Shown one piece after another: positions 62,409 to 64,000 of a stretch of 64,000 nt of DNA (the first letter of the stretch is position 1; each line of letters opens with the position of its first letter). A program made the translations under genes and the position numbers. The stretch spans positions 32,569,967 through 32,633,966 of the forward strand of contig CM120640.1 in the NCBI GenBank assembly GCA_051362555.1, in the 5' to 3' direction. The DNA comes from Lingula anatina (taxonomy: Eukaryota; Animalia; Brachiopoda). Below the pieces are notes generated by a model that was given only the letters and a program-made list of their open reading frames with translations, had not been told where the DNA came from and did not search any database.

Positions 62409-64000
62409 ATAAAACAACAAAATGAATTTTAAAAAGGTGGTTTTAAGAAAATTAGCAAAGTGATTTAGTACTTTAGAAAATACATTTTTATAAGTTAACA
62501 CTAAGAAGAATGAATCAATTCAAAATGACAATAATTGCCTTCAGTGTCACCCTCCACTCCCAGTAAGATTGGTCATAATGCGGACTTCTGTTTGTCCAGA
62601 ACCATCATATCTTTACAACTATATCTGAAGAATTGGCATCATATCTACCCTCTCAGCGGGAGATATATTGGCGCAATACTTCTTAAATAAGACAATAAAT
62701 TAAACGGGTAAGTGGTTCAATAACAGACAAGTGCTTATTACACTTGCCGAAAGCGCTCCGAACGCAACAGAAGCTGTGAAGTGGCATGTAAAAATATAGG
62801 CAGCTGAAGTGGACGACGCGATTATTAATTCACCTAACAAGATGCAATAACAGGAACAGGTGGTTCTTAACCTCTCGAAGTTGGAATTTCAAAGGTTTAT
62901 TCTTTTATGGATATACTATTTATAATTTATATTCGTTTATCCTTTCTTTTTGTTTTTAATATTGTGTGAACGGCATTTAATTAATACTTATCAAATTTGA
63001 AAAAATAAAATTAACAAAAGAAATCGATATTACTAAAACAAAAACTCGATCAGTCTCAATGCATAATTGATCGTAATTAATGTTTAGTTTCCATTTCCAC
63101 ACCTTTTTCTCAAGCACACAATCATGGTTTAGAAAATAATGGCACAAATTTATAACCGTCATACCGAACCCTAATAAACATGTTTTGTATTGTATTCATT
63201 TGCCAATTATTGATTAAAAGTCATTTCAGGAAAAGATTGGACGAAAATATAAGTGCACGTCCTGGCGGAGTATGATGCACTGAGTGCTACATTGGGATGT
63301 CATCAAGAAATTGATACGTGCTCGTTAAACAGCACAAACATAATTTGAAAGTGGTGCAAATCCTAGAGGCGTCATGGCAGTCGAGGGCCATGTTTGATCG
63401 CGAAATTGAGAACGTATCAGACTCTTGACTCGAAATAAAAATGCAAATGGTGATTGATGGCGATGGTATCACTTGCTTATAAAACTGCCTCCTTGAGCGG
63501 ATCGAATTTAGGAAGGATGATGCCGTGTTACTGTATATTTTGTAGTTATCTCTTCAAAACAAATGATATATACTGATTAAATAGCGCATCGTGGGTTTGT
63601 GAGTCACTGCCATAATATCTAATATAAATGTCTCGGTAGCTAGACTGTATTAATATACCAACACGTTTAGATGAATTTCCAAACAATTAAGTAGCCGTTT
63701 GATAGCTGAACGAACGACTCCTGCGTTGCTCCTATCATATTCAAACGTTTACTTATATATTTAACAATTTCATTAAAAGTAAGCTATATTTCATTAGAAT
63801 GACTTGATCAAGCGTAGTACTAACTTAGCCCGTCGTCTTATTTATCTCAAGCACTGATAATGTAGACCCGCCAGCTGGAAATTTATCATCATTTTCGCTG
63901 CATTATGGCATTAAGTTCCAATGAAAGTTTTGATAAATTTTAGCTCTTGAGAGGAGGGGATTAGTGAGTTCAATTATGCGGATTAACGGGGTTTCACGGC

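Noticed and set aside
51300-64000. Many 60-100 aa ORFs upstream of HHEX
   Set aside because: Low-complexity AT-rich translations with no domains and no consistent splice structure.

Overview
AT-rich, intron-containing animal DNA. It is probably from a marine invertebrate (lophotrochozoan-like, judged from the repeat types; this is inference). Five spliced protein-coding genes were reconstructed by hand from splice sites and reading phase: the 3' end of a TM6SF1/2-like gene (+, 1-1823); two tail-to-tail arsenite methyltransferase (AS3MT) paralogs (+, 6010-11473, 374 aa; -, 12885-28510, 363 aa); an MFSD10 transporter (-, 32803-38562, 460 aa); and the homeobox gene HHEX (-, 46042-51246, 332 aa). 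About 13 kb of gene-free upstream DNA follows HHEX. The main finding is the AS3MT pair. Copy A is canonical, with all four conserved Cys and N- and C-terminal CC pairs (14 Cys). Copy B has an intact 9-exon ORF, but its Cys206-equivalent is Gly and it lacks the terminal Cys clusters (6 Cys). Exons 2 and 7 are 97-98% identical between the copies while the Cys-bearing exon 6 is about 74% identical. This pattern suggests gene conversion that spares the substrate-side exons, and so a possibly neofunctionalised methyltransferase next to an MFS exporter. The 10.8-kb intron 7 of copy B holds Helentron-like elements with ~160-bp satellite units, a 5'-truncated LINE and several MITEs. All identities are manual counts; no database searches were run.
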